From Phaeosaccion multiseriatum (Eukaryota > Protista > Ochrophyta, other classes), in the NCBI GenBank assembly GCA_965112735.1, contig OZ218958.1, positions 1,674,001-1,738,000 of the forward strand: a stretch of DNA of 64,000 bases. The letters are read 5' to 3'. The stretch's first letter is position 1. Each line of letters starts with the position of its first letter. Of the stretch, positions 11,201-25,416 are shown piece by piece. The notes beneath the pieces were generated by a model. That model made no database searches. It saw only the letters and a program-made list of their open reading frames with translations, and had not been told where the DNA came from. The position numbers were made by a program, and so were the translations under genes.

Positions 11201-12015
11201 TCCATGCACACAGCAGCCTGAGCAGTTTCCGAGTGGAAAGGACATTGATGAGACAGCCAGGCTCGGAGCGGCGCCTTCTTGGCATCTATGGCAGGCAGTG
11301 AATGGCGCCTGCCTCTCATCAAACGAAACGAAGCGTCATTTACTTTGTGGGCAGGATATGGGGCATTCCGATTATTTTTCCCTTCAGTGGACCTAACCAG
11401 ATTGAAATGGTCATTAGTCCTGCCTCTGTAGTGGTCATCTATGGTAGGAAGACATGCAATTCAAGATGTAACTTGAAGTATTCAAACCAGACTACTATGA
11501 ACATGAGGGCCCCCACTGGCCAATAGGTCGAAACCCTGCTGCTGCAGCCCCTCCATCGCCCTCACTCCCCCTTTGGCCCTCGCTGCTGTCGTGGGCAGGC
11601 AGGACCAGGGGGGCCGCAAGGAGCAAGGATGGAGTCCTGAAGGGTCTTGTGTCTTGGCCAGGCCCTGGCTGGCCTGCCTGCTGGACCTCATTCGCTTGCT
11701 TGGGCGTCAAGTCGTAAGGCAAAGTCCGAACGAGGCCCTCTCAAGGCAAGCACCTCCCGCTCCTCTTCTCCTGCTCCCGTGCTCCCTTCCGCTGCCATCG
11801 CCGCTGCCGTCGCCATGACGCCATAAAGAAGGAGGAGGAGGAAGGCTTGTTTTGTTGGCAGTGTCGGACTCGCTGCTGCTACTGACTGCCGGCTGCGCCG
11901 GATGTCCCCTCCTCTTCCCCTTGGCTGGGCAACGCGGCAGGGGGGGGATGCTAGAGACACAAAAACACCTCCAATGTACTTCCGCCGGAGCGAAGCAAAC
12001 ACCCTCCCCCCCCCC

Positions 12016-12952
12016 TCAGCCGGAGCAAATCATACAGTCCATTGGGGCTCCCCTGCCCTTGGTGCGGATACTCAGCAGCGGCTTTCTGCGTGGCCCTTCC
12101 CTCCCTCCACCACCGCCACCACCACCACCGCCACCACCACCACCGCCTCCGCCGTCGTCCCTACCCCCCACCATGAGGCAATGTGCGTGGAAGCTGTGCC
12201 CGCATTTGAACACGTAAAAGCCTTTCCGTCCGTCCGTCCCGACGTACGTACAGAGCAACCAAAAGTATTTTGTGTGTCAGTTACGTTGTGTCAAGCATTT
12301 CGTCAAGCAGGCAGAGGGGGAAAGACAACACAATGTCCACTGCGATAAAGAAGGGAAAGGGCAGGCAAAGGCTCTGTGGATCGCCTTACATACTCAAAGC
12401 ACACTCACAAGTCACCCACACACGCACCCACACACGCACCCACACACGCACCCACACACGCACCCACACACGCACCCGCGGTTTCATTCTTGGACAGCTT
12501 CGTTCCCAAGGGCCCGCGAGAGAGGGGATTTCGGCACATGTGGTAACAGCACACCGCTCCGTCGCCCACGCGCAGGGCTTTGCGTTGTCCCTACGCGGAT
12601 AGGCACAAACAGAGGAGGTACAGACAATGGCATCGATATCGATGTCGATTTTTGACATGGACGTCGACGAAGACATCAACACAGCGGAAGCAAAGGGGAG
12701 ACAGAGATGGGGTCAGGAGGGGAGAATCGTCACACGTTCGGTTGGAGAGAAAGAGAGATAGAGCAGAGAGCAGAGAGAACAGAGAGAGACAGAGAGACAG
12801 AGACAGAGAGAGAGAGACTGACAGAGAGAGATAGAGCAGAGAGAAGAGAGAAATAGAGCAGAGAGAAGAGAGAGAAAGAGAGATAAGAGCAGAGAGAAGA
12901 GAGAGTGTGTGAGAGAGAGAGTGAGAGCGAGAGAGAGAGAGAGAGAGAGAGT

Positions 12953-12984
<32 letters not shown>

Positions 12985-15900
12985 GTGAGAGAGAGAGAGA
13001 GTGAGAGCGAGAGAGAGAGAGAGAGAGAGTGAGAGCGAGAGAGAGAGAGAGAGTGAGAGAGAGAGTGAGAGAGAGAGTGAGAGCGAGAGAGAGAGAGAGA
13101 GAGTGAGAGCGAGAGTGAGAGCGAGAGAGAGAGAGAGAGTGAGAGAGTGAGAGCGAGAGAGAGAGAGAGAGTGAGAGCGAGAGAGTGAGAGCGAGAGAGA
13201 GTGAGAGCGAGAGAGTGAGAGAGAGAGTGAGAGCGAGAGAGAGTGAGAGAGAGAGAGAGAGAGTGAGAGAGAGAGTGAGAGCGAGAGAGAGTGAGAGCGA
13301 GAGAGAGAGAGAGTGAGAGCGAGAGAGAGAGAGAGAGAGAGAGAGAGTGTGTGTGAGAGAGAGTGAGAGCGAGAGATTCCGATGGTACCTGAGTTAGTCT
13401 TCTCAGCTGCGCGAGGGAGTCCTCCTTGAAAACGTTGGAGCACTTCTCGTGCTGACTCAGTTGGACCGCCAAGTCACTGGGGCCAGCAGGGAGGCATATG
13501 GGCATTAGGGTGTGAGGGTGTGAGGGGGTGAGGGAGAGGGAGGGAGGGGGAGGGACAAGACGGGGGCAGGCTTTACTTTAATTGATCTGCTTGACGGTTG
13601 CGATGGGGGGATTCGGTTGGGCACTGGTTTCTGACAAAGGGAAATGGAGGTCGAGCAAGAGGGGAGGGAGGGACCTGCGCAACCACGGGTGACTGGAAAC
13701 CCCCCTCGAAGAGTTGCTTCACATCAACCAACTACCCCTTGCGTTCCCTCTGTGGGTCAGTGTATCCATCCATCCATCCCCAGCGTCTAGTTGCTTCAAT
13801 CACCGTACTCCGAGCTCAGAAGCTCTTAGTACATACACGTCCATGCAGAGTGTCCTTTCATCAAACTTGCCCTCCTTCCCCACCCACCCACCCAGCCCCA
13901 GCCCCATATGCTTGCAATCTTATCATCTGCTAACCTGGTGATGTGCATGAGTTTAGTTTTGAGCTCGCTAATGTTCATGCCCTCCGGTACTCTGCCGATG
14001 AGCTCCCCCACGTCGACGTCGTAGTAGCCCGCGTACTCCAACAGACCACTCAGAAAGGCCTCGTCCTAAGGCCATGTTAGACATCCAACGTGTCGTTTGA
14101 GGAGAGGGGGAGGGAGGGACGGAAGGGAGGGAAGAGAGTAACGGAAGGGAGCAGCACAGCACACAGAGAAGAGTGGTAAGAGACCGAGACAGAGAGAGAC
14201 AAAACAGATGGATAGATGGATGGATAGATATATGGATAGATAGACGGATGGATAGATGGATAGATGGATAGATGGATAGATGGATAGATGGATAGATGGA
14301 TAGAGAGAGAGGTGTGACGCGCGAGGGGAAGGAAGTGCCCAAGTAAGTCCCTCACCTCACCTCACCTCACCTGGAGAGAGAATTCAATGAGGCGATCCCA
14401 CAGCCTTTTCTTGGAGCTGAGCTCACTCTGACTCTCCACGAACTCCATCGCACGGCGGACGTTTCGGACCTGGGCACCCCGGGGTTAGGGGGGGGAGCGA
14501 AGGAGAGCGAAGGAGAAGGAATGGGAGGGAAGGAGAGGGAAGGAGAGCGAAGGAGAGGGAAGGAGGGGGAAAGAGACGGAAGGAGAGGGAAGGAGAGGGA
14601 AGGAGGGGGAAAGAGAGGGAATGAGAGGGAAGAAGGGGGAAGGAGAGCGAAGGAGAGCAAGGAGAGGGAAGGAGAGGGAAGGAGACGGAAGGAGAGGGGA
14701 GAAGGGGGAAGGAGAGCGAAGGAGAGCAAGGAGAGGGCATGAGAGGGAAGGAGAGCGAAGGAGAGCGAAGGAGAGGGAAGCGTGTAAGCCAATCATCTAT
14801 CCATGCCATTGCCCTGCCTGAGCGAACGCTCCATCAGCCGTGTCTGCCTGCCTGACTCCCTGACTCACTGACTGACTGACTGACTGACTGACTGACTGAC
14901 TCACTGACCCACTGACTACTGACTAACTGTGATTGACTGATTGACTGACTCACTGACTGACTGACTCACTGACTGTCTGACTACCCGACTGACTGACTGA
15001 TTGACTGATTGACTCACTCACTTAACGACTCACAGACTGATTTACTGACTGACTGACCCACTGACTCACTGACTCACTGACTCACTGACCCACTGACTGA
15101 CCTTTTCCATGAGTATGAACAGAGCCCTCTCCGCTCCGCCAAGCTTGCCCAGCAGATACACCATCTCGTCGTAAAGGGGCGGCGTCCGCGCCTCACATGC
15201 CCTGATTCATTCATGGAAGGATGGCAGTGGATGGGGGCAGCAAGCAAGGGCGCAGGCCCGCCACGGCGGCACGGAAAACGTAATTATATATATATTAACG
15301 TAATTATATATATATATTATAATAATTAAAATAGTTAGGACTCGACTCGAGGGGGGAGGGGGAATGATCTCCATTCTTTGTTACGGTACTCCCATCCTCT
15401 CCCACCGGGCCTCATCCACTGCCATATCTGAGACATCCATTCCCATCCTCTGCCATCCCTCTCTCTGCCCTGTCCACAGCCACCCCTCTCTCCGCCGCAT
15501 CCACTGCCATCCCTCTACCCTCTCATCTGATAGGTACCTCCCTCCCCTCCTCTGTATCACCAACTCTCTCACCTGAGGGCGGCGTCCAGTGGGGCGTGGC
15601 TGGTGCCCTGCAAGAAGCTCAGTAAGGCGCTGCGGTAAGGAGGCTCCCTGCCAGGTCGGAAAGAAGGCGCGAACTCTGCGAGCAGGCTTGCGTGCAGCGT
15701 GTGGACCGAGGCATACTCCTGCGGGGGAGGAGGAGAGGGGAGAGGGGAAGTTAGGAAGGAGGAGATGAGAGAGGCCAGCAAGCAGCAAGGTAGGAAAGGA
15801 AGAAGGAAGCACAAAAGGAAGCCAAGGGAGGAGGCAAGGAAGCACAGCATAGGCGGAGTGATGAGAGGGAGGTGCGGCAGGCAGGCAGGCAGGCAGGCAG

Positions 15901-16410
15901 GTAGCCAGAGAGGGAGGGAGGCAGGGAGGGAAAGAGGAAGGGAGGGAGAGAGGGATGGAGGGTCGGAAGGAGGGAGAGGGGAATGAAGGGAGGGAGGGAG
16001 GGAGGGAGGAAAAGAGAGAGGAATGAAGGGTGGAAGGAGCGAAGGGGGTTTCTCGTTTGCCATTAACTCGCCGGCAGAGGCCAGTCATGCTCAATCCCAC
16101 TCCGCCGCATTTCGGTCCGGTCGGAGAAAGAGAAAGAGCAAACTGTCTCAACTGGCCCCTCCCAGCCCCCCCTCTTTCCATTCCCTATGCTCTATCAAGA
16201 CAAGCTCTATGCCCATTCGCCGCCTTTACCACTGACCTTCGTGTTGTAAAGCTCCGGGACTTGTGTGGACAGGAGGTTGAGGTACCAATGTTGGACATCT
16301 CTCCTACCCGCCGTCGCCAACTATGAGTGGGTCGTGTGGCGTGGGTAGCACAGGCGTGTGGGGATCGGAACACGAGAATGAAATGATTTACAGCAGGATG
16401 GAGACGTACA

Positions 16411-16452
<42 letters not shown>

Positions 16453-17761
16453 GAGGGAGAGAAATGAGTTTTGAGTTCGAGTGGGGTGGCGACCACACGA
16501 AGGAGAGAAAAGGCTCTGACGGTATCCGGGTAGGGCGTTCGTTGACAGTGCGTTACACACCGTACATAAGCTTACGTACCTGCTTGACGACGGAGGCAAC
16601 GGGGATCTTGTCCACGTATCGGACGAGAAGCCTGCCTGCCCGCCTCCTGAGGGGTGGAGGAGGAGAGAGGGGAGGGGAGGGAGGGGAGGGAGGGAGAGAA
16701 ATGAAGGGAGGAAGGGAGGAAAGAAAGGAGAAGGGGAGGTAGGTAGGTAAGGAGGAAGGGAGGGAGGGAGGGACGGAGGGAGGGGAGGGGGTGAGGGAGG
16801 GGAGGGGAGGAAGAGGAAGGAACGAAGGAAGGGAGGGAGGGGGGTTGGAAGGCAGGAAGAGAGGAGGGAGGTGGTGGTAGTACAGCTGTCAACAGCCGCT
16901 GGAAGATGTTGTCAAAAGGTAAGAAGATAAAAGGGTCTGGGAACGCAGCACCAGAAGGAGGAGTAACCCTAAGGAGCGGGAGGGGTAAAGGCACACACCT
17001 GCCCATACAAACACACGCAAACATATACACAAACACACACAAACATACACGCAAACAAACGCACGCACACGCACACGAACACCCACCCACCTGGAGAGCT
17101 GGATGAGTCGCGGAACCTGCCCTACCACTTGTGCCCACAAGCTCTCCCTCTCTATGAGCTCAAACACGTGCCCAAACTCAAACTGCTCCTCCTCCTCCTC
17201 CTCCTCTCCCTCCTCCTCCTCCTCCTCCTCCTCCCTCTCCTCCTCCTTTCCCTCCTCTCCCGCCCCCTCCCTCTCCTCCTCTCCCTCCTCCTGTCCCTCC
17301 TTCTCTTCCCCCTGCTTCCCCTCCTCCGCCCCCTGCTGGGCAAGGAGCAGGTACACGTCAACTGCCCTGCTGAACTGGCGATCCAACATGAGCAACTCCG
17401 CTTGTGCGGCGAGGAGGTGTGAGTCTTCCTTGCGGGCCAAAGCCGCCTCTATCCTCGACACTATCGTGGAGAGACTGTACAGCTCCTTCTGTCCCGTCCG
17501 TACAGGAGGAGGGGCGAGGGAGGGGGAGGGAGGGGGGGTGGGTGGGTGGGAGGGTAGTGGGGGGGGTGGAGAGGGGAGGAGGAGGAGGAGGAGGAGGAGG
17601 AGGAGGAAGAGGAGGAGGAGGAGGAGGAGGAGGAGGAGGAGGAGGAGGAGGAGGAGGAGGAGGAGGAGGAGGAGGAGGAGGAGGAGGAGGAGGAGGAGGA
17701 GGAGGAGGAGGAGGAGGAGGAGGAGGAGGAGGAGGAGGAGGAGGAGGAGGAGGAGGAGGAG

Positions 17762-17792
<31 letters not shown>

Positions 17793-20700
17793 AAGGGGGG
17801 GGGGGGTCGAGAGTGGGGTTCTCAGCTCTCCGAGGAGTATGGGTCACAGATGGGTTGACAGATAACAACGACCGAAGGAAGGACCTTGCACGCATGATAC
17901 TCATACGTGTAGGACCAACACGCGTACCTCTGTCCCCGGCTGTCTGTTGCCCATACCACTACCGCTCCTGCTACTACTACTGCTGCTTCTAATGCTGCCA
18001 AAGGAGGCATCGTCGGGTTTGGGATGTCCCCACTTCTTGACGGTTCGAAGGAAGAGGGGAGGGTGTTGCAGCAACAGGTGCTCCAAGATCATCTCGTACA
18101 CCGCCGAGGGAAGTAGCTGCAGCAGTTGGTGATACAGCAGCAAGGTCGGCAGGCAGGCAGGCAGGGAAGAAGGAGGGAGTGAGGGAGTAGGGAGTGAGTG
18201 AGTGAGTAGGTGAGCGAGCGAGCGATTGAGTGAGTGAATGAGTGAGCGAGTGAGTGAGTGACTGAGGCAAGCAAGCAGATGTTTGTGTGCAACGCTTAAA
18301 TGAAAAGGGCCCAACACAACAAATGATAGCCCCCTCTCCCCCCTACCCCCTCTCTCCCCTCCCCCTCTCCCCCCTACCCCCTCTCCCCCCTACCCCCTCT
18401 CCCTCCCCTTTTATCTTACCGGCGTTCCGTGCGCCTGTCCCACAGGAACAAAGGGTGTAACGGCTTTGAGCTGTCGGTGCTGCGCAAAGGCGTATATCCA
18501 CCTCTCCCACGCCGTTGAGTCGTCAAGGAGGAGGGAAGGGCACAGTGACGCGGCCTCGTCTGTTACAGGGGCAGCAAGGAGGGGGGTGGAGATGGGAGTG
18601 GGGGGTGCAAGTGGGAGTGCGGGTGGGAGGAGGTGAAGCGGGCAAGGAGAGAGAGAGAGACAAGAGGCCGGAGAAGAAAGGACGAGTGAGTGAGTGAGTG
18701 AGTGAGTGAGTGAGTGAGTGAGTGAGTGAGTGAGGGAAAGAGTGTGGAATGGAAGGAAGGGAGGAAGGAAGGACGGAGGGAGGAAGGAAGGAAGGAAAGA
18801 GGGAAGGAAGGAAGGAAGGAAGGAAGGAAGGAAGGAGGGAAGAAAGGAAGGAAGGGAGGGAGGGAGAGGAAGGAAGGAAGGAAGGGAGGAAGAAAAGGAC
18901 GGAGGGAGGGAGGAAAGAAGGGACGGAAAGAAAACCACACCACTCGAGGCTCGTACGTACCAAATTTGCCCTGTGCGAAGAGCTGGCCAAGGTAGGATTC
19001 CACAAGATCTTGCCACACAAAGCGCCTGTGGAGGCAGAAAGTGGGGTGAGTGGGCATCCAGCAAGTGGGGGTGAGTGGGTACCCAGAAGGTGGAGGTGAA
19101 TGGGTGGTGGTGAGTGGGTACCCAAAGGACGGAGCGTCAGCAAAGGTGCAGTTCAGTGGGCGTCTCCAGAGGGCAGGAAGGTGTGGGACAGACAGACATG
19201 GTGCAGCGCTGCTGCTGCTGCTGCTGCTGCTGCACTATTTCTGCTGCTGGTGCTGCTGCTGTATCACCAACTGCTGCTGCTGCTGCTGTAAGTAAAGTGG
19301 ATGGAATTGTCTGACTAATCCCAAATCACCGCACATGTGGAGGATACGCATGTGGAGGATGCCCATGGTGCAACCAGAGCCGCCCTGCCTGCCCCTGCCC
19401 TGTCCTGCTCTGCCCTGCGCTGCCCGGCCCATATGCCTGTCCTGCCCACTAGATTACCACTGCTCACCTCAGGAGCTGCCTGTTGGCCGCCGCCGCTCGA
19501 ATGGCTCCGGCAAAGTCGCCCTTGGCCACACTCCACGCCACTCTGTCGTCCGCATCTCGCCCTCGAGCCACGACGATCTCACTCGGCGACGCAATGAAGA
19601 TAGCAGGAGGGTCTGCCTTTGTAGAGCTTGTATCACCACCACGACCACCAGCACCAGCACCACCGCCACTCCCATCGCTGCTGCTGTTGTTGTTGTTGTT
19701 GTTGCTGTTGTTGCCGTTACTTTTGCTGTCGGTCAGCCCTCTCCTTGCCCGTCTTTGGTGCGTGGCGGAGGAGGAAGACCAGGTGGAGCTCCGGAGCATG
19801 TAACTGTTGACATTTGAGGTACGCCAGTGGGCGAGGGGAAGCTGATCTGCCGACCGCAGCTCGCCTGAGCACACACACACACACACACACACACACGCAA
19901 GGACACGTAAGGGCACATAAGGGCACTCAAAGGCGTACGAAGCACGCACCCACGCACCCACGCACACACGCACACACGCACCCACGCACACACGCACACA
20001 CGCACACGCGCACACACCCAACCACGCACCCACGCACACACGCACACACACACACACACACGCGCACAACCTCCATTCCATTTACCGCCCCATACCGAAC
20101 GAATGCACACGGGTGGTAGAAGCAGGCATATCAGCAGGCACAAAGTAGGCAGGCATATGGGCAACACGAGCAGCCATATGGGCAACAGGGCAAGGGGCGG
20201 GGATCGCGATGGGACAATCGAGCAAAGCGACACAAGAGCCTGCCTATATGCCTGGACTAACAAGAGTCTAAGCTGTGATCTCGACTGGACTGAGTTGAAA
20301 CTGAACTGGGCTTGGCAAACTGAAGCGATATGTATGTATGTGTATGTAGTGCCCTCAAATCTTTCCCGCCCTGGAGCGCAGCCGCACCCACACAACACCC
20401 ACCTGTCGCCCGACCTAGCAGCTGTACCTCCGGCTCCAGCACCTCAAACGCCCCCCCCCCCCCCTCCTCCTCCTCCTCCTCCTCCTCCTCCTTCTAGCGT
20501 CCGCCTCCCCCCCACCTCCTCCTCCTCATTCCACACGGTGACATACCCCAGCACCACAAGTGTGTCGGCGTCGAAGGGCGACACCCCACACAGTTGGCAA
20601 TCCGTTCTCCATTTGGCGACGATCTCCCCTACTCGCACGGCTCGAACCGCCGCACTGGGTCTGAGGTGCAGGGAATGGGCTGCCTTGTGAGGGAGGTCCT

Positions 20701-21703
20701 TGCCGGAGGAGGATAAGGACGAGGAAGGGGGGGGGGGGGCTTCCCGCAAGACCTGCTGGCCCAAGAGAGAGAGAGAGTCAGGGCGAGAGGGAGAGGAGGG
20801 GAGAGAGGGAGAGAGAGAATCAGGGACGAGAGAGGAAGAGAGCGAAAGAGGAGGGGGGGGGGGAGGAGGGAGTCAGAGAGAGGGAGGCAGATGTACGCAA
20901 GCCGGAGGGAATCACAGCTGCTAGGCAGCTGACAAGCAGTGTCCGACTTGTTCCACTTTTCCGCACCGCCTCACCTTCCAACTGAGATGTCTGCTCTCGC
21001 TGCTGGGGTTGCAGCATACCGGATCCTCCTCCTGCTCCCACTGCCCCTGCTCCTCTAATGCCCATGTGTGTGGCCTCGTCTTCGCCGCCCAGCGTGCGGA
21101 TCTGTGTTGCACACATACATGCACATACACGGCACATACACATACATGTATGGGCATGAGAGAGCTGGACAACGCGTTGGTGAGGATAGACTGAGGGCTG
21201 GTCCGGCAACCAACCAACCAACCCACCAACCAGCCAACCATCGAACCAACCAACTGATCAACCCACCAACCACATGACCCAATCCGACCCAACCCAACCC
21301 ACCCACTAAACCAATCTTCCTCCTCCTCCTCCTAACCTGAACCAGCATCACGGTGTCTCCCCATGCGATGATGAGTTGGTTATCGTCCTCCCACAACAAA
21401 TGACAGCGACACTGCTCCTCCCCCTTTGGGCCTGCCCCCGCTCCACCTCCTCCTCCTCCTCCTCCTCCTCCTCCTCCTCCTCCTCCTCCTCCCCCTCCAC
21501 TCGTCCCTTGGCGTGCTAGGCTCGACTTTGGCCGATCGATGAAGCAGATACGCTCCTCAGACTCCACGTCGATGACCTTAACAAAGTGCTCGTTCGACCT
21601 GTGGTGTTGTCGACAGAGAGAGATGCCGGAGAAGGAGGAGGGAGGGGGGGAAGTTTACTGCTCCGGTGTGTATTGCTCGATACACACAAACACACACACA
21701 GAC

Positions 21704-21740
<37 letters not shown>

Positions 21741-22911
21741 CCCACACACCCACTCACCCACTCACCCACTCACCTACATACCCATCCATCCGCCGCCCAC
21801 CCACGCGACCTCCCCCACAAACGCACCCATGAACGCACGCACCCACCCACCCCGCCCGCCCACCCACCTTTCCATACCCACACACCACGCCCACCCACCC
21901 ACCCACCTATTCATACCCACCCAACCACCCACCCAACCACACTCACCAGGCCACGAGCGACCCCCTCCACGCGATGTCGCCGATGGTGCCCTCTCCACTG
22001 TGCAGGACTTGGGACGCTTTGGAGAAGAGACCCTTTCTTTGGAGCACCAACTGCCCTGCCTCACCCCCACATAGGAAGCTCCTCTCTCGCTTGCGTCCGT
22101 ACAGCGGGTCGAGGCGGACGGAGTTGATCGCGCCTTCGTACTGATACAACTGCTGACGATCGGTGGTGCCTCCTGTCGCCGCCCCCCCCGCGCCCCCTCC
22201 TCCTCCTGATCCTCCTATCCGTCCGCTGGGTAAGCTTCGCTGACTTGCTGACGAGACGAGCCTTCTCTTGTCAGCACCACTGGTCACAAAGCCCTCTCCG
22301 TATTGGTCCTTGCTGCTGCCCGCTACTCCGTCGCGTCGCAGGCTGGACACAACTACTCGACCGCCCTCGCAACAGCTGCCCATGTACTCCCCCGACGCGT
22401 CGATACTGATGCAGTTGATGGCACTGGTGTGGGGGTGCAGAACCCGTTGGATGTTGCCTCGCATGTCAGACAAGAGAACTCTTCCACTAACCGTCCCGAT
22501 GGCAATAAAGGCATCGTTGATGGCAATGTGCGTGAGAGAGTCTCCTCCCTCCGCAGTACCTGATACTTCCGCCCCTCCTCCTCCTCCTCCTCCTCCTCCT
22601 CCTCCTCCTCCTCCTCCTCCTCCTCCTCCTCCTCCTCCTCCTCCTCCTCCTCCTCCTCCTCCAGCTGCTGCTGGTGGTCTTGTACCATAGTCTTCTGTAC
22701 CTATCGCCTCACCTACGCCCGAGCGCATGCGCTGATACTTTAGCAAAGGCTCCTCTTCCTCCTCCTCCTCATCATCCTCGTCATCTTCATCCTCCCCATA
22801 CACTTGGCCGCCGTCTTTCCCTTCCACATGCCCGCCTCCCGCCCCGAGCTTTCTTTCCTCATCACGGCGCGGCTGTGGAAACTCTCTCCCAACGGCCGTC
22901 GCCATCCCCAT
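12016..22911 (-). CDS. VPS41: Vacuolar protein sorting 41 (HOPS subunit), many exons
   Basis: EPLLKYQR, WD40-like GEGTIGDIAWRGSLVAW, CHLLWEDDNQLIIAWGD, IASPSEIVVARGRDADDRVAW, YEMILEHLL, PLYDEMVYLLGKLG and C-terminal RING-H2 (FKCGHSFHAHC...CMIC). Start codon approximate. Confidence 0.9.
12750..13376. repeat. Compound (GA)n/(GAGT/GAGC) microsatellite in a VPS41 intron
   Basis: Read directly. Confidence 0.95.
14860..15100. repeat. (ACTG)n microsatellite at the donor end of a VPS41 intron
   Basis: Read directly; the sense strand reads GTCAGTCAGT from the donor. Confidence 0.9.
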
Positions 22912-23392
22912 CTGATGCCTTCCCAATCAGGAGAGGCCACCCCCCCTTTTCTCGTCGTACGCCTTCTTCTGCTGCCTCTGCCCCCCTTGCTGTTGCTGCT
23001 GCCTCTCCTTGTCCTCGCCCTCCTCGTTTTGGAATCCCACCATCACCTCTCACGTTGTATGCATCCTATCGTGCGTTGGATGGGTCCACTTGAGGGAGGG
23101 TTCGCCTGGGGGGGGGAGCGCCCTACCTATCTTGACTGTCTTCGCTAGCCGCAATCTCCGACTCTCAAAGTAAGAGAAAAGGTGTAGGTGGTAGAGATGC
23201 AGCGAACATGCGGTAAGCAAGCGATCTAGCTCGGACAGGAGAGGAATAGCCAAAGGAGAGGGGGGAGATGTTGGGCGAGAAGGGAAAGCGTCGCCAAAAA
23301 GTTGGATCATCAACAGTTCCTCCTGTGGCACTCCATAGATGGCACTTAATGATGTAATAGGCTCCATTACTTGCTTTTTTTCTCTTCAAGAG

Positions 23393-24493
23393 ATGACTAC
23401 GGGCTGTCCAGTAGCAGCAGAAGAAGCAGCAGCAGGAGACGTACATGAAGCTCACTTTAGTGTCGCCATGGTTTTGCTCCTCGCTTTTTTCTCTCTGTGG
23501 ATGTCCCTGGCGATCAATACAATGTTCGCCCATTCCACGTCCGTGTCTCGCTTCCCCTTCACCTCCCAACCACTTCGGCTGGCGTGGAAAGTAGTTTCAA
23601 GGAGGTGGGAGGCAGTGCGGAGGGGGGCAGGAGCAAAGGGAAAGAAGGGGGAAGGACGGGGCGGCTGGGCGGGCGAGAAAGATGGTAGCGGCAACAACAG
23701 GAGCAGAGAGAGCCGCGAGAGCAGCGAGAGCAAAGGGAGGGCGGGCTGTGTGCCATGTATGATGGATGGAGGAGAGGGGAACGAGCTCGGTGGAGACGCT
23801 GCGAGTAGAGTGCTTTGTCTGCCAGAGACTTGGTTCGAAGTGTGCCTTTTTCTCAGGGCGGCGGACGTGGTTCGCTTGGCGGCAACGTGCTCCGCGCTTT
23901 GCTCTGCGGGCAGCCAGAAGAGACTTTGGAAGAGGCTTGAGGTCAGAGACTTTGGCCTCCCTCGGGGGGAAACTTCTCTCTTGGAGGCGGAGGGCTGTCG
24001 TAGCCGAACTTGGCCAGAGGGGGAGGCTGGAACAGAGACAAGGAGGGGCGGCGTTGGTACGACTCGCTGGCGAAACGCTTACCTGGCAAGAGCCGAGCAG
24101 TGGCCCTTGGAGCTCTTGCGGCGCCTTCAAGGGGGGGAGAGTTTGCCGCTACCCCGTCCCCGCGCTGCAGAGCCTCCTGCCCCGGCCACAGGAGGAGGAG
24201 GAAGAGGAGGAAGACGTGGTGCTCTTGCTGTCGTAGGAGGCGAGGAAGGGGAGGAGGAAGAGGAGAGCGTGTCTGTGTCTCCAGGAGCAGCTGGTGATAC
24301 AGCAGCAGCAGCAGCAGCAGCAGCATCAACAACCAGAGCAGTTGGTGACACGGTATCCACAGCAACAGGAAGGCCCTGCGTGGTAGTGCTACATGGTGAC
24401 GTGTACGATCTCAGCTCTTTCTTGCACGACCACCCGGGGGGGGCAGACATCCTGCTGGTGAGTGTGACGGGCGCACTCACATGCACATACACA

Positions 24494-24556
<63 letters not shown>

Positions 24557-24782
24557 GCGCGCGTTTGACTTTCAACACCCCCTCCTCCGTCCACTGCCAT
24601 CCCTCCACTGACGGCAGGACCACGCCTTCAATGACTGCACTGCCGTGTTTGAGGCCTTTTCGCACTCCCCTGCTGCACTCCGAACGATGGCCCACCTCGC
24701 ACATGGCTACAATGGCGAGGGGGGACGCTTCAAGTTGTGGGGGCGTGCGAGAGCCCTGGGTCTGGGCCCTGTAAGTCAGTGA
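23393..24782 (+). CDS. N-terminal TM + F-box-like + cytochrome b5 heme-binding domain protein; exons 23393-24457, 24618-24782
   Basis: Hydrophobic VAMVLLLAFFSLWMSLAI. F-box-like LPETWFEVCLFLRAADVVRLAATCSAL...LWKRL. b5 motif VLHGDVYDLSSFLHDHPGG|..DCTAVFEAFSHS with both His ligands. Confidence 0.8.
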
Positions 24783-25155
24783 TTTAGGCAAAACTGAGCC
24801 TGTCTGATGCCGTGTGGTAAGCATCGTGGCCCACTCAGTCTTTTGTATTCTTTTTTTTTTTTTTTTTTAACTTTGTAGTATACTACTTAAGGGGGGGAGG
24901 AAGAAAGGGGGGGGGGGGGGGCGCCGTTGACTTATGACTACGGGACGGGGGCGGGCCCGGGGGGGGGCGGTAGCGGTAGCAGCAGTAGCAGCAGCGGTGC
25001 TCGCACTCCTCCCCTCCAGGGAGTCCCCTCCAGGGAGTCCTGTCCAGGGAGGGAGGAGGACGTGGACGTCACTGCAACCACGCCCCAACTTGGTTGCAAG
25101 TTTGATCTGATCTTGATCTGTCGAACAAGTTGGGTCGCATATCTACGTACCATCC

Positions 25156-25314
25156 CCCACCTGGAGGGTCTTGGGCACCCACCTGGAGGGTCTTGGGCAC
25201 CCATCTGGAGGGTACTACTACTACTACTACTACTACTACTGCTACTACCACTACTGCAACTACTACTACTACTTCTACTACCACTATTACTATTACTCCT
25301 ACCGCTATTACTAT

Positions 25315-25362
<48 letters not shown>

Positions 25363-25381
25363 CACACTACTACTACTACTA

Positions 25382-25416
<35 letters not shown>

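Noticed and set aside
12591-13505. Long SL/ER/HT/PYPTL/poly-R ORFs here and at 4784-5911, 24927-25724 and 50828-51920
   Set aside because: They are translations of microsatellites that lack stop codons, and they lie in introns or intergenic DNA.
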